Of a DNA stretch of 64,000 nt, positions 24,374-35,629 are shown piece after piece. Below the pieces are notes generated by a model. It was given only the letters and a program-made list of their open reading frames with translations. It was not told where the DNA came from and searched no databases. The number at the start of each line of letters is the position of its first letter. The first letter of the stretch is position 1. Position numbers and translations under genes: made by a program. Origin of the DNA: Eukaryota sp. TZLM1-RC (taxonomy: Eukaryota; Protista; Metamonada: BaSk clade); the NCBI GenBank assembly GCA_040285825.1, contig JAUPSS010000004.1, positions 5,423,784 to 5,487,783 on the forward strand. Direction: 5' to 3'.

Positions 24374-24686
24374 CTGTTAGGTTGAATAATGATCCCCCTG
24401 GAAATCTTTTTGGCCTACTGTGAATTTCACTTATCATTCCCCTGTGAAATTCACTCCTGTTTTCAACTCCCTCAGTGTCTACTCACAGGCTGTAAGAGAC
24501 ATGTAGCATCATTTGACAAAGACAATCATGATCTTCATCAATGGGCTACCTCACTTAAATACACCTACTGCTTTCACAGAACAAAGCCTCGCGACTTGAT
24601 GTATCTAAGTGGATCTACCAAATGCTACTAGGGCATTTGTAGATCGGTCTCAAAAGTTTTTGTTTCTGTATGCTCAGGTTCCCCAT
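24374..24686 (-). ncRNA. Candidate Fanzor omegaRNA scaffold region with right-end terminal repeat (24374-24399)
   Basis: Directly 3' of the Fanzor stop. Stem-loops at 24612-24645 (GATCTAC-C-AAATGC / GCATTT-GTAGATC) and 24420-24454 (perfect 11-bp GTGAATTTCAC / GTGAAATTCAC). This is where omegaRNA is expected in Fanzor loci. Confidence 0.55.
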
Positions 24687-26641
24687 TCATCTTCTCAACA
24701 GAGCATCTGGGCAAATGTATCTTTCCGGCCACAATTCCGCTTTCTTCTTAATTTGAATATTTTTTGCAGCGGAAATATCTCTGTCATATACTATTTGACA
24801 CTCAGTACAAATACGCATCTGCCATGAGCCTGCTTGAATATTCTCGGCCATGCAACAACTTGACATTTTGCTTGTATTAAATTCACTGGTTGACAAGTGC
24901 TTCACGTCCTTTTGATAACACAACCATTTTCTGAAAGCCCTTGCTGATCCATATCGATTGACTTTTCGGCAATGAGAAGGGAAATTAGCAGAACCCACAG
25001 CAAGATAGAGTTTTTCAGGATGTCCAGCCAGCCTTTGAAATTTGTTGAGACTCTCTCTGAACCGTCTCTCTTTTCGTCTGCGGTTATCAAATTTAATTAT
25101 TTTCCATTTCTGGCGATTACTTTCCAAATACACTTTCCTCCTGACCAAATTCCAATGGTTCAAATATTGGTTGAAATTTTGAACGGAATATTGGTTGGGA
25201 GAGTGTTTACTGGGTGAAGGTTTTGTCATGTATCTTCTGCCAGTTGGACAAGGGATAACTCCACATTGATTATCGTTTAAGAAGTAACCACATAATCTTG
25301 ATTGGCCAAGATCAACGCCGATAAGGGGGCTTTCAGGTAAAATTTCGACTGGATGTCTACGTCTTCGACGGGGCATTTTTTTAGTACCCTTCAACTGTGT
25401 TTCTCTGGTTTTGTTGGCATTAGGGTCACTTTTCATTTCATTTTTGATCTTCTTTTTCTTTTTCGGTGGTTCATCCAGCTCATCTGTGTTTTCTGAGTCA
25501 TTATTTTTACCTTCAAAGGTCAAAAGCAGTTCATTACCATTAGTTTTCAATAAAATTTTTGTTAAATCTATTTTTCAAACTTTTTCTGTTGATATTGAAT
25601 TTTTGGTAAGGACATTGTTTGAATATTCGTTTCAGACATGTATTTTTGATAAACTTTGTTTTGGAAGATGATCCTTCAATAATTGGAAATTTTTTCACAG
25701 AGTGGAAAATTTGTGAAGGTACCTCAATAAATTTAGAACCTTTATGAGAAGCTAAAGGTATTATTCTAAATTTCTTCCAGCAATGCATATGAGAAAAGAA
25801 AGTGAATAAGTATTGTGAAATTTTAAGATTGAAGAGAAAAAGCTCACCAATTTCCTTTGATGAAAAAGTGATTTTATCATGTGAGGACAGTAGGGAGGCA
25901 GTGGTAGGAAATCTTTGGAGGAGATTCAAGATAAACCTACATGCATTCAATAAAAAAAATCTTTCTCTTGAATTATTCAAATTGAAATTGATGAGGTATT
26001 CAAGAACAGAATCAACTACTACTTCCTCGGGTTGGGCTAGTAGTCCATCTGGCAAAAGTGAAAGAATATTATTTGCAAAGACATTTGTTTTATTCTGGGC
26101 TCTACAATGAGCACGAATAAAGTTTTTTGTCCAGGATTGACAAATTTTGGGTAAACTTGTCTTCACGTTGGAGGCCAATTGACGAGCCCGACAAGCAAGG
26201 TAAGGAGAAAGCCCTTTTCTATTGATAAAATTACAGTTCTGGGACTGCAGCCAATCATTGAGGAAAAGATTGAATGAATTTCTGTAAGGCACTAAAGAAT
26301 TTTCCCACACAGCAACAAGAGACCTGTCTTGTAGGCATTCAGGAAGAAATCCATTGTAAAAGATATGGAGTAATTGGCGTTGGCCTTTAGATGTGGAAGG
26401 CTTTGGAAAAGAACCAGTGGTGATGACGGTCATAAACAGATACCATACATCCTGTTCCACTAAAGCTCTTGATGCCAACGGAAAATTTAGAAGAAAAGAT
26501 TGAAGTAATAAAGAAGCTTCATGACAAATCTCGGTGACCACAGGAAGGTCAGTCCGAATTTGTTGCACCGCTGCAGGGGTCAGCAGCGAGTTAAGTGCAC
26601 AAGACCGTGAATACACGTGACACAGAGTGGGCGTCTGACAT
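24687..26641 (-). CDS. Fanzor1 (eukaryotic TnpB-like RNA-guided endonuclease), near full length, two apparent frameshifts
   Basis: RuvC-I IGVDLG, RuvC-II STSEFNTSK, CTEC zinc site, RuvC-III YDRDISAAKNI. N-terminal Fanzor1 motifs FRIIPL..KFIEV and LKTNGNELLLTF. Putative NLS PPKKKKK. Frameshifts near 26610 and in an A5 run near 25555. Confidence 0.85.
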
Positions 26642-26847
26642 GTAGTGAGAATAAAGAGCTCATCTATCAAATTTTACACTTGTCACCCATATTCGACTTC
26701 TGGTTGCCTATTCTGGGAGGTTTTTAACCCTCAACTTGGTTTTGGGAGGTTTTCACTATTCCCACACTTTCCCCTCACTTCATAAACTAGGTTCATAAAC
26801 TAGGTATCCTTTGTAATAGTTTCTGGAATTTCAACACTATGTAACTC

Positions 26848-27276
26848 ATGAAAGACGCTCTCAGCATAATCAACAAATTAGTCCACGATACTTCTTTGTC
26901 TAAAGAACGTTTCTTTGTTGGTTTTGAGGATAGATTTGGCGGTGTATTCTTCCTCCCTCTTCACGATTTTCTTGCCTTATCTGTACCATCTCACAGAATT
27001 CGCTACATATCTAAAGGAAACTCAATTCTCTGGTCTCGCACAAAACGAATCAACCTTATTGGCTCTGTTGCACCTTCTGTTTCTTTATTCTCATCTCCAA
27101 CACCTGGTGTTCTCTCCCGATATTTTCCTCCTCATGCTACTGGTAGAAAGAATTTCCAGTTACCCTTCTTCTCTAACATTGTTTCTTGTAGTGTAGGTGT
27201 TGATCATACATTGGCACTCATTTTTGGCCTAATACTTTCATTTTTTGTTAGTCTAATCGTAATCTCATCTTCCTAA
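26848..27276 (+). CDS. MJ1316/DUF504 (LENG9-like) RNA cyclic-end recognition domain followed by an RCC1-like repeat fragment; probably truncated
   Basis: IINKLVHD..FFVGFEDRFGG..VPSHRIRYI..ILWSRTKRINLI; then IVSCSVGVDHTLAL. Confidence 0.7.
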   Translation: MKDALSIINKLVHDTSLSKERFFVGFEDRFGGVFFLPLHDFLALSVPSHRIRYISKGNSILWSRTKRINLIGSVAPSVSLFSSPTPGVLSRYFPPHATGRKNFQLPFFSNIVSCSVGVDHTLALIFGLILSFFVSLIVISSS

Positions 27277-27317
27277 TCAACCTATGCCGCTCTCCTTCCA
27301 ATAACTATTGGTGATAT

Positions 27318-27412
27318 CTACTTTTGCTGACCTTTTTCAATTTGTACCACTTTGTGTCACAATTAACTATAACACTTCTTCTGTGTAGATTAGTTAACCA
27401 ATTTAATATATA
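27318..27412 (+). repeat. Copy of the 5' subterminal region of the 11.3-kb Fanzor element
   Basis: TTTGTGTCACAATT..AACACTTCTT..AGATTAGT matches 11270-11365. Confidence 0.6.
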
Positions 27413-27429
27413 AAAATTTAATATATTTA

Positions 27430-27735
27430 TTTATTAGAAAACTTATAAATCAACATCTAAATAATCCATCTCTCCTAAAACAAAACAATTAGAACCCACT
27501 TTCTGATAGTGAGATCCAAGAATAAGCAAATCATCAGAAACCATCTGAACCTCCCTTTAAAAATAGAAAACACAATTCTGTTTTGACAAAACAAGCTATG
27601 AAAATTTTGTTGGTTCTCAAACCAGAGATATACATTTGAATTGTACAAAAAAATTCTTGTCGAAGACGCAGACATTTAGTCGAAATTAAACGTAAAAGAC
27701 CCCTAACGGCGTTGATCATGGGCCAATCTAGATTA
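27430..27735 (-). mobile_element. 3' fragment of a CRE-like non-LTR element
   Basis: FHSLFCQNRIVFSIFKG matches the CRE C-terminal motif in other copies. Confidence 0.65.
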
Positions 27736-27776
27736 TGTGGTTACTTTTTGAATGATAATCAATATGGAGTTATCCC

Positions 27777-30700
27777 ACTTCTGAAGCTTGTGATATTCGA
27801 TTGTCGAATTCGGCTTCAGGTAATAGTAATGTTCGACAGGCGTCGTCCATTCTAATATAAATGCCCTTGTTGTTCATCAGCCCAAGGTGGCTCAACAAGT
27901 CAGCACCAATGAGAATGGTCTCATGTCCAGGAACGATGCTGAACTTGTGTTTCACGTGTACAATCTGGGTAACGCTACCTAGTCTAATGCTAAGGGTTCC
28001 AGAAGCAGTACCAAGGGACTGTGAGGTAGTTCCATCAGCAATCTTGTATGAAATGGTTTCGTTGGAACGTGCCATGTTACAATTACTGATGACGTCTTCC
28101 GTGACTACTGAGCATGTTGCACCAGAGTCGATTATGCCTTTAACTTCGACATTGTTGATCAAGAAGTTTAATTGTAGGCAGTTGTGATTCATGGATTGTA
28201 CCATAAAAATTGTGTCAGAATCATGTCCATTTAGGTCGGCTTGTTCTGAGAAGAAGTTAGCCTGACTGTTGGGTATCTTGGTAGGTTCCAAGTTTGCAAG
28301 CGGATTGATAAGAGAATCTTTCCATGCTGAACTTTCTGTATGTGGTTGTGTTGTTGTTGTAGGGGGTATGGTTTCTAAAGTACATAAATAGTGATGGGAA
28401 CGTTTATTGTAAGAAGAGCCTCTGCCTCTGCCGCGAGTACCTCTTCGACTACGGAAACCAGAACCTCTAGAACTTCTACCTCGAGCTTGTTGTTGAGCTT
28501 GTTGCTTTCTCCATTTCTTCCTCCTTTGGCAGTCTTCACTGGGGCACCTTTCGGTCGGATGGCCCTTTTGCTTATAGAAGTTGCATTGGACATCAGCGGC
28601 CTGGGAAGACGATTGTGGTAGGCTTCCTCCTCTCTTACTTTGTTTTGGGCGTTTACCTGGACCAGAACCTCGTGGTCTGGGGATGTCAGGTGGGGAGGGA
28701 ACGACCATGGGAGGTCGGCGAGAGGCCTGCTGATGAGTTAATTGGTTCTGATAGGTGAAATCGACATGGTTCAGTTGTTCCATGAACGATCTGGCGTTAC
28801 AGAAATTCTCGTATTCAATTTGAAGAACACTAAAGAATTCGCCAAGGGTGTGTCCATCGCATGAGTAGTGGGAGGAAGAGGACCAGATCCTGAGGAGTCT
28901 GTCTCTGATAGGGATAATTCCTACGCTTTCTAGGACATGAGTAGCAACTACCCAGTCTGGAAGTCTATCAGCTGGAGGAGTGGAGCTTATGGAGAATGTT
29001 CTCAATTGTTGAGAGATGCCCCTAAACTCTTGGATGGCGGTGGAGCGAGACAAAACTCTGCCGATGTTGACCATGAAGTCAATCCATCTATTGCCATAAT
29101 CTCTTTCCGACCAGTCCATGTTGGTTGCGAGGAGAGCTCGATTAGCCTCATCCAGTCTGCTGAATTGGGTTCTTCTTAGAATTTGAGCCCAAATGATGCG
29201 TTCATCTCTTGAGGTAGAAACCGTGGGAGAAGAGATAGCTAGGTGAGCACCTTGGTATCGTAGCGCATTTAACACCTCGAGGGTGACACATTCAGCGAGG
29301 CCTCGGGAGTTGATCCTCATGGCTTGACGGAACAAGTTTCATTCGTGAACTGGTTCTCCAGTGATGTTACCAAAATACTCATCGATCGATGGTTGGGAAC
29401 CTTCTCTAGCTAGTTCTAATTCTTCACGTAGTCTGGCAACTTCGTTGGCTAGAGCTATCTGAGCTGGATCCTCCATGTTACCTCTCGTTTCTCTTAGGAC
29501 CCGGTCGGTACGACTCCAGAGAATGAATTTGTTGACAAACTTCAGAAGTTTATCAGCGTCTCTCAAATCAGAAGCTTCGAGATATGGACGTTTAGGACGA
29601 TCCCTACGTCTGTCATCTCGGTCTCTTGATCCATTGAAGAAAGGAGAAAGCTACTTTCGTATGTGCCCGAGAAAGGTGTATGATGTGAGGAGATGGAGGA
29701 AGTAGAACCTGTCGTGGAAGGTGTAGGTTGAGGTTGAGGAGCTCGACTAACGGGAGTGATGGGAGCAGGTACCGCATCAGAAGATGTGATGGGGGTGGGT
29801 GATTCACTGCTCACAGTGACAACATCGTCGTCGGCTTATTCCATCGCAGATTGGTTGAGATAGGAAGTTTCCATGGTTGAGAGTGAATCAGATTCCATAG
29901 GAGGTTGTGGTGATTCAGGAGGTTGCGCGGAGAAACATGGAGCTTCACTTTGTTGAGGTTGAGCAGAGGAAGATGGAGCTTCACTCTGTTGAGGTTGAGG
30001 TGACTCTTGAACATCTTCAAATTGGGCTGGAACCTGATGAGAAGATACTGCTGGTTGTACCAAGCGAGTCTTTTCGATCCTGCCTTCAACCATTACCCAT
30101 TTCAGCATTCTGGATTCTACGCAACCAGGGAATACTGTAACTTGCTGGAGGGCTCTTTGTAGATTACCAGTTCTTCTATGGTCGGGACCACAATATGATG
30201 CTATATGGTCTGGACGTCTGTCGTAAAGAAAGAGTCTTTCACCATATGTGGTTTCGGTAAACCACCACCCTGTTCTGTAATTTCTGTCGATAAGGATGAC
30301 GAGAGATGCATTGTACCCAGGGCTGAACCTAGGGTATGGACAAGGGTTATGAACATTTAAGAAGAGGTTGTCTTCATCTCCAGCGAAGCGTCTGAAAACT
30401 CCTTCTCGAGTAGTTCTCATGAACCTAACTCCGGGTCTTGGGTCGTAAGTAGATTCTGGGTCATTCCTAGAGGTTTCTGGGGTGATCCTTTCGTTGGTAA
30501 GAAACGGACCTATTCTGGGAGAGATCCATAATCCTAAGTCGTTCTCGACTTTGGGGCCGTAGAAAGGAGGACGTTTGTTGCTCATCTCCGTGGGAGGGAT
30601 GGCTTCTGGGTCCTCTGGAATGACTTGTGTATCCCTATATCTAGCATAAGGATTGTGCTGGCGGGAAACACCATGATGAATACTCGAGCTAGCGTAGGAG

Positions 30701-31862
30701 CTAGTTTGAGAAGGGGTGTGTTTAGCAAGTGTAGAGGATGTTCCTCTTCTAGCCTGTAACTCTCTTTCCAGTCTGTTCTTGAGTTTCCAGATTCGATCTT
30801 CATGGAAGTAACGTTCTAAATATTTTTTAGAAACCTCACCAGTTTCTCTATCAATTTCAGGAACATGTTCCGTGGGAGGAACCGGAGGTTGAGCTGTGTG
30901 AGAAAAATTCCCTGGGAGGTTCCTCATAGTCAACCAGATCTGAAAATAATAGTTCATACCTCTTCCTTTGCTCTTCGGAAAGATGCGAAGGAAAATTTGG
31001 TGTGCTAGGAGTGGAATCTCTAGCCTGGGGAGGGGAAACAGACAGATTGTTAACTCCTCTTACTGTTGATGTAGTAAGAGGAGATCCTGAAGTTGGGACA
31101 GCAGGATTTTGAATAGTTCTCCTAACAGTTGGAACTGCAGGGAGAAGCTGTTGAGAGTGAGAGGGTGGAACCTCAGAACTGAATGGAAGGGATGAAGATG
31201 GTACTTCAATGGCCTTCTTAGAGGAGGAAGAGGGTTGGTCTTCCGATCCTTCTTTTGCAGTGAGAGAAGGTTGAACAGTCTCTCTGCTCTGAGTAGAAGG
31301 TGAAGGTGGTACTTCAGAACTTCTTCCAGGGAGGGGAGAAGGTGGGACTTCAGATGCCCCCAATTGCGAAGGGGGAAGAGGAGCAACGGAATCCTCTACG
31401 TCCTCGTCGTCGTAGGAGACCAACGAAGGACTTCTTCCTTCCGAAGGAACGGAATCCTTGTGAGGGTTGTCTCCTTCCACAGGAACAGAATCCTGAGGAG
31501 GGGAGCTTTCTTCCATGGGAACGGAATCCTCTGGAAGGTAATTGTCTTCCTTTGGGGTGGAACCCTCAGGGAGAGTTGCCTCAGGAAGCGCAGAAGCTTC
31601 AACCGAAGAAGGAGGCACGGAAGCAGGGTCTGTGGTTAGTGGTGAGGAAGAGGGACCAGTCTCTTCCTCAAGGATCCTACGTTGAGCCGGGGACGACCCA
31701 ATACGTATTGATGGTCTTGGCTGCTGGTTATTGTCTGACATACAATGTGGAGTAACAGAAGTGTAATTTATTACGAAGAGGAATTGTATTCTCTCTTCTT
31801 AAGCTAACAGGCGGAATACTAATAACTAAACTATTAACTATAAATACTATTCAAGACTAACA
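27777..31862 (-). mobile_element. Ty3/Gypsy element, 5' half only (LTR 31709-31862, long ORF1-gag-protease), flanked by a 14-15 bp direct repeat
   Basis: Homologous to the 55283-62673 element. Degenerate zinc knuckle CNFYKQKGHPTERC and protease IIDSGAT. TATGGAGTTATCCC at 27763-27776 and 31863-31876. Confidence 0.9.
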
Positions 31863-32083
31863 TATGGAGTTATCCCCAGTCCAACTGGCAGAAGATACAT
31901 GACAAAAACCTTCACCCAGTAAAACTCCCCCAACTAATTTTCTGTTCAACATTTCAACCAATATTTGAACCATTCGAATTTAGTCAGGGGGAAAATGTAC
32001 TTGGAAAGTAATCACCTAAAATGGAAAATAATTATGTTGGGTTTCGTGCACAAGTAAATAGCATTATAAACGAAGACAGATGT

Positions 32084-32470
32084 TTATCTATTTATCTTGA
32101 GCTTCAAGCTTCTCCCACTGAATCTGTTAGTTCCAAGACCAACATCACCGTTAAACCATTGAACAGTATAGAAACTACCTGAATCAGAGTGGTATTCTGA
32201 GAGGATTTTCACTATAACATGTTTTTCGGCATCGCCCACAGCGACTGCCTTGAGGAACTCAATCTCCAGTGGATTTTCTGCGTTATAGATTTTACAATCT
32301 TTCTTGGCAGCTTTTAATTCTGTGCCAGTAGTAAGATTCTTCAATAATAAGTGGATTTGGAAAGAAGGTCAATAACTAAGAATGGTCCATTCCAAGATCC
32401 ATGCAATTTATTATTTTGCTTGATTTTACGTAGGACGTAGTCACCAATAGTAAATACTATGTAACACGAA
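32084..32470 (-). pseudogene. Gypsy integrase C-terminal (GPF and chromo-like) remnant, distinct family
   Basis: FTIGDYVLRK..KLHGSWNGPFLV..KNLTTG..GDAEKHVIVKILS..YTVQW matches the end of the integrase at 62668-63999. Confidence 0.75.
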
Positions 32471-32505
32471 TTAGTAATATCTACTGAAGTCGGAGTATTA
32501 AATGT

Positions 32506-32820
32506 TTAGTGACGCACTACTTCCCTTTTTTCTTGTAGACGAGTGTTTTTCATGTTGATGTCATCTAATAAAGGGATATTAGTTTCAAATTTGGATAAAG
32601 TTGACAACATTAGGCGTGAATTTGGAGTTTCATCATTGTTGATTGATTTGTTAAAAGCAGCCTGTAACCAGCGACTAAGAGTTGACTGCGGAATGCAGAA
32701 GTATTGAGCTATATAAGCCTGTGGTTTGTTAAGAAACATATAGGTATAACAGGCCCTAACCTTAGTGTCCTCAGATGCATGGACCCTTTGGGACGCAAGC
32801 TCTTGTGAAGACAACAACAT
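32506..32820 (-). pseudogene. IS630/Tc1-mariner-like transposase N-terminal HTH, truncated
   Basis: HASEDTKVRACYTYMFLNKPQAYIAQYFCIPQSTLSRW: HTH pattern (A..F.I..STLSRW). No DDE domain is present. Confidence 0.6.
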
Positions 32821-33519
32821 GTCGTATGTATACCCAATAAATAATAGTGACTGTCTGTTTGTTAGTTTTGTTAAATGTTATGGCAATAAAAAGCTCAATA
32901 CTACAAAAGTATATTGATATAGACATTCTGTCCCAAAAGAAAGCAGGTTGATGTAAGACGTATAAGGTCTCTGCTTATGAAATTGTTGTGATGACATCAT
33001 ATCTCTTCTTTTACAAAAGAAGCAAGGTTGATCTTATTGTGTACAAGACGAACTGATATAGAACTACAGACGGGTTTAGCCCTTTTTCTTTGTCAATACA
33101 GGCTATTTATAATTTCTGAAAGAGCGTTTTGTGGGGTGAGTGAAAACTGAGTGAGTAAAGAAAGGTTTGTACTCACAACCCACTCAAAAAGCGATCCTCA
33201 GACCAAGTTGAGAGTTAAAAACCGACCGGAATAGGTACCCAAAAGTAGAAAATGGGGTGACAAGTGCAATATTTGATAGTTAAGCTCATAATTATCACTA
33301 CATCTCCTACATCGCTGAACTTGGGAATTGAAGCACCCACTATGGCATATTCTGTACCTATTCCTAGGTCAGAAGAAGACCGAAAACGTTTGGCTTCGCT
33401 GCTGCATACTCCACTGGAACCATTCCATAAATTTTGTTGCACTGCCTCCACTTGGCCAAAAGATGAAGTGTCATGACCTCAATGACCTTTGACAGTCAAA
33501 TAACGGCTTCAACATTAAC

Positions 33520-34250
33520 TGTGAAGAACCATTTTTCAAGACCAAAAAAGTGGGCTTAAAGAGACTTTTATTAAAAAATGGCATAGAAGAAAAAATTAAT
33601 GATTAGGTTGTCACCCACCACCAACTTTGAGGACCTGGCCAACGAATTTTCAAGGCCTTTCTGTTGTACACTTTTTGTAGAGACAACATTTTTAAATCTG
33701 TTGACAATTTCCTTTATCTAGACTCTCCCTCTTATACTTCCTTTTATACTTCTTCTCTTAATAATAATCTGGACCGCCCTGCTTATTCAAAACTTTTCTA
33801 TGCTGTTCTGTCCATTCTAGAAGAGGTAATTGCTGCCATAAATTGCGTCCACATTTCTATACACGGTAGCGTCCCAAAACAGACTTCCACAGAAGTTTTC
33901 TCCAAAATTAATGTGCGGGATTACTTCAAAAATTATTATTCCCAAACTCTGCCTGAAGGAAATCCTAGTTTGTATCATAAGTCACTGAATAGAATCACCA
34001 GATACAGTATTCAGGAATATCTGGATTCGCTCGCTTTATCTGTAAAGCAAAACTTTCGAAAATTCTTGAATGAATTTCTGGATCTTTATTTCTGTCATAC
34101 CCGTCCAGATGAACTTTATTTTACTAGAATTCATGTTGTTGATACATTTTTTCAACTCCAACATAGTGCTGTTGATTCTTCTATTCATCCTCGCTTTTGC
34201 TTAATTAATATCTTCTATAAGCTCAAATTGACTCTACCTAATCAAGTTTT
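33520..34250 (+). pseudogene. Fanzor1 N-terminal (REC) region, truncated by a non-LTR insertion
   Basis: FKTKKVGLKRLL..IEEKIND*VV..RIFKAFLLY and SLNRITRYSIQEYLDSLALSVKQNFRKFLNEF. The upstream 33202-33303 is homologous to the region upstream of the 26.6-kb Fanzor. Confidence 0.7.
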
Positions 34251-35530
34251 GATTATTGACAGCAAAATTTTTGGCTAATTTGCTTGACATTGATTCTTCT
34301 TATTTACGCAGTCATATTTTTTGTAGCACAGAATTGGGAGGCATGGATTTTCACAAATCAAAATATTTGTGTAAAGCCGCATTCATTGGTGGAGGAAAAA
34401 ATTTCGTTTTTGAATTTTTGAAACGTTTTCGTGAAAACCAGCATTTAATAGAATGTTGTGTTAGTGACTATTTAGTGTCCTTGCAGTAGTGAAACTGAAT
34501 GCATCTCTCCTCACATATGGTCCAAATGCTTTCCTGCTGATATTCAAGAAATTCCACCCAGGAGTTTGATTTCCTTGAAATTTACATATGCTAAATTGCA
34601 GAAAAAGATATTAAAAGTTTTGCAAAACTTGGATTTCACTGTTCGTCTTAGCTTGGCTGAAGAAAAAAATCCCGTTTTTGCAAACTTTTTAATCGATCTT
34701 AAGGAAAGTAGCTCAAGTTGTGTCATTTCCCAGATTCGCAATTCATTTGGTTTATTATTAAATGATCATCAATGGACAACTGCCTTCAGGGTGAGGTGGT
34801 TTTTGTAACCATGTAGTGTGCCAAATGATTTGATTTGTCGTTGTGGTCAGCTCATTAATCTGAATCATTTATTTAATTGCAAATTTAATATTACATATCG
34901 CTCAGTTGTTCACGATGCTGTTATGGACCAACTATACGCTATGTGCAAAAGTCATCACATTGAAGCTTTTGTTGAACCACTTGTGCGAAGGTTGTCATCT
35001 GAAAATGAAGATGAAAATACTTTTGGGAAACGCCGTGCTGAATTAATTACCCCTGGGTCTGATGGTGTTATTAAAGTTGTTGATGTTGTCACTGTTGATG
35101 TTTGTAAAGACTCAGCAATTGATTGCTAAAAGAGATGAAACTCCACTTTGCTTTGCTGAAATGAGCAAAACCAAAAAGTACAATGAACCCTTATCTCAGC
35201 TAGGATGTGTTGAGCATGTCAAGTATCAGCTGGTTCCATTTGCTGTTTCTCTTTTTGGTAATATTGGAATATCTGGTATTAAATTTCTCGAAGGTTTCAG
35301 AAGTTTAATAAAAGAAAGAGCAGGAAAAAAATTGAACTTCAATTTCTCGCACAATGGAATTGTTTTTAGTATTCTTAAAGCAATTCCAGAAATGTTAACC
35401 AAAGCACTGTTACAATTAGGAATAGAGTATGAAAATCGCGCGCTTAAAAGATTTGATGATGTTGATGCGTGTATTGAGGATATTGAGTTCTAGTTTTTTT
35501 GTTTAATGTTTTGTTAGCGTTGAAAATAAA
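34240..35530 (+). mobile_element. CRE-like non-LTR retrotransposon 3' part, degenerate
   Basis: AAFIGGGKNF, CRCG..HLFNC..HDAV, EPL, RRAEL..VVDVV. Confidence 0.8.
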
Positions 35531-35629
35531 TTTCATGTTTAAAAAAAATTATTGACAGCCTTGAAGAACTGTTGTCCCCGAGAATTATGTTTTTACATCA
35601 AAATCTAAACTTATTTTTACAGAATAATT

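Noticed and set aside
25540-25570. Programmed ribosomal frameshift joining the two Fanzor ORFs
   Set aside because: It needs a +1 shift in an A5 run with no recognisable stimulatory signal; a homopolymer indel is simpler.
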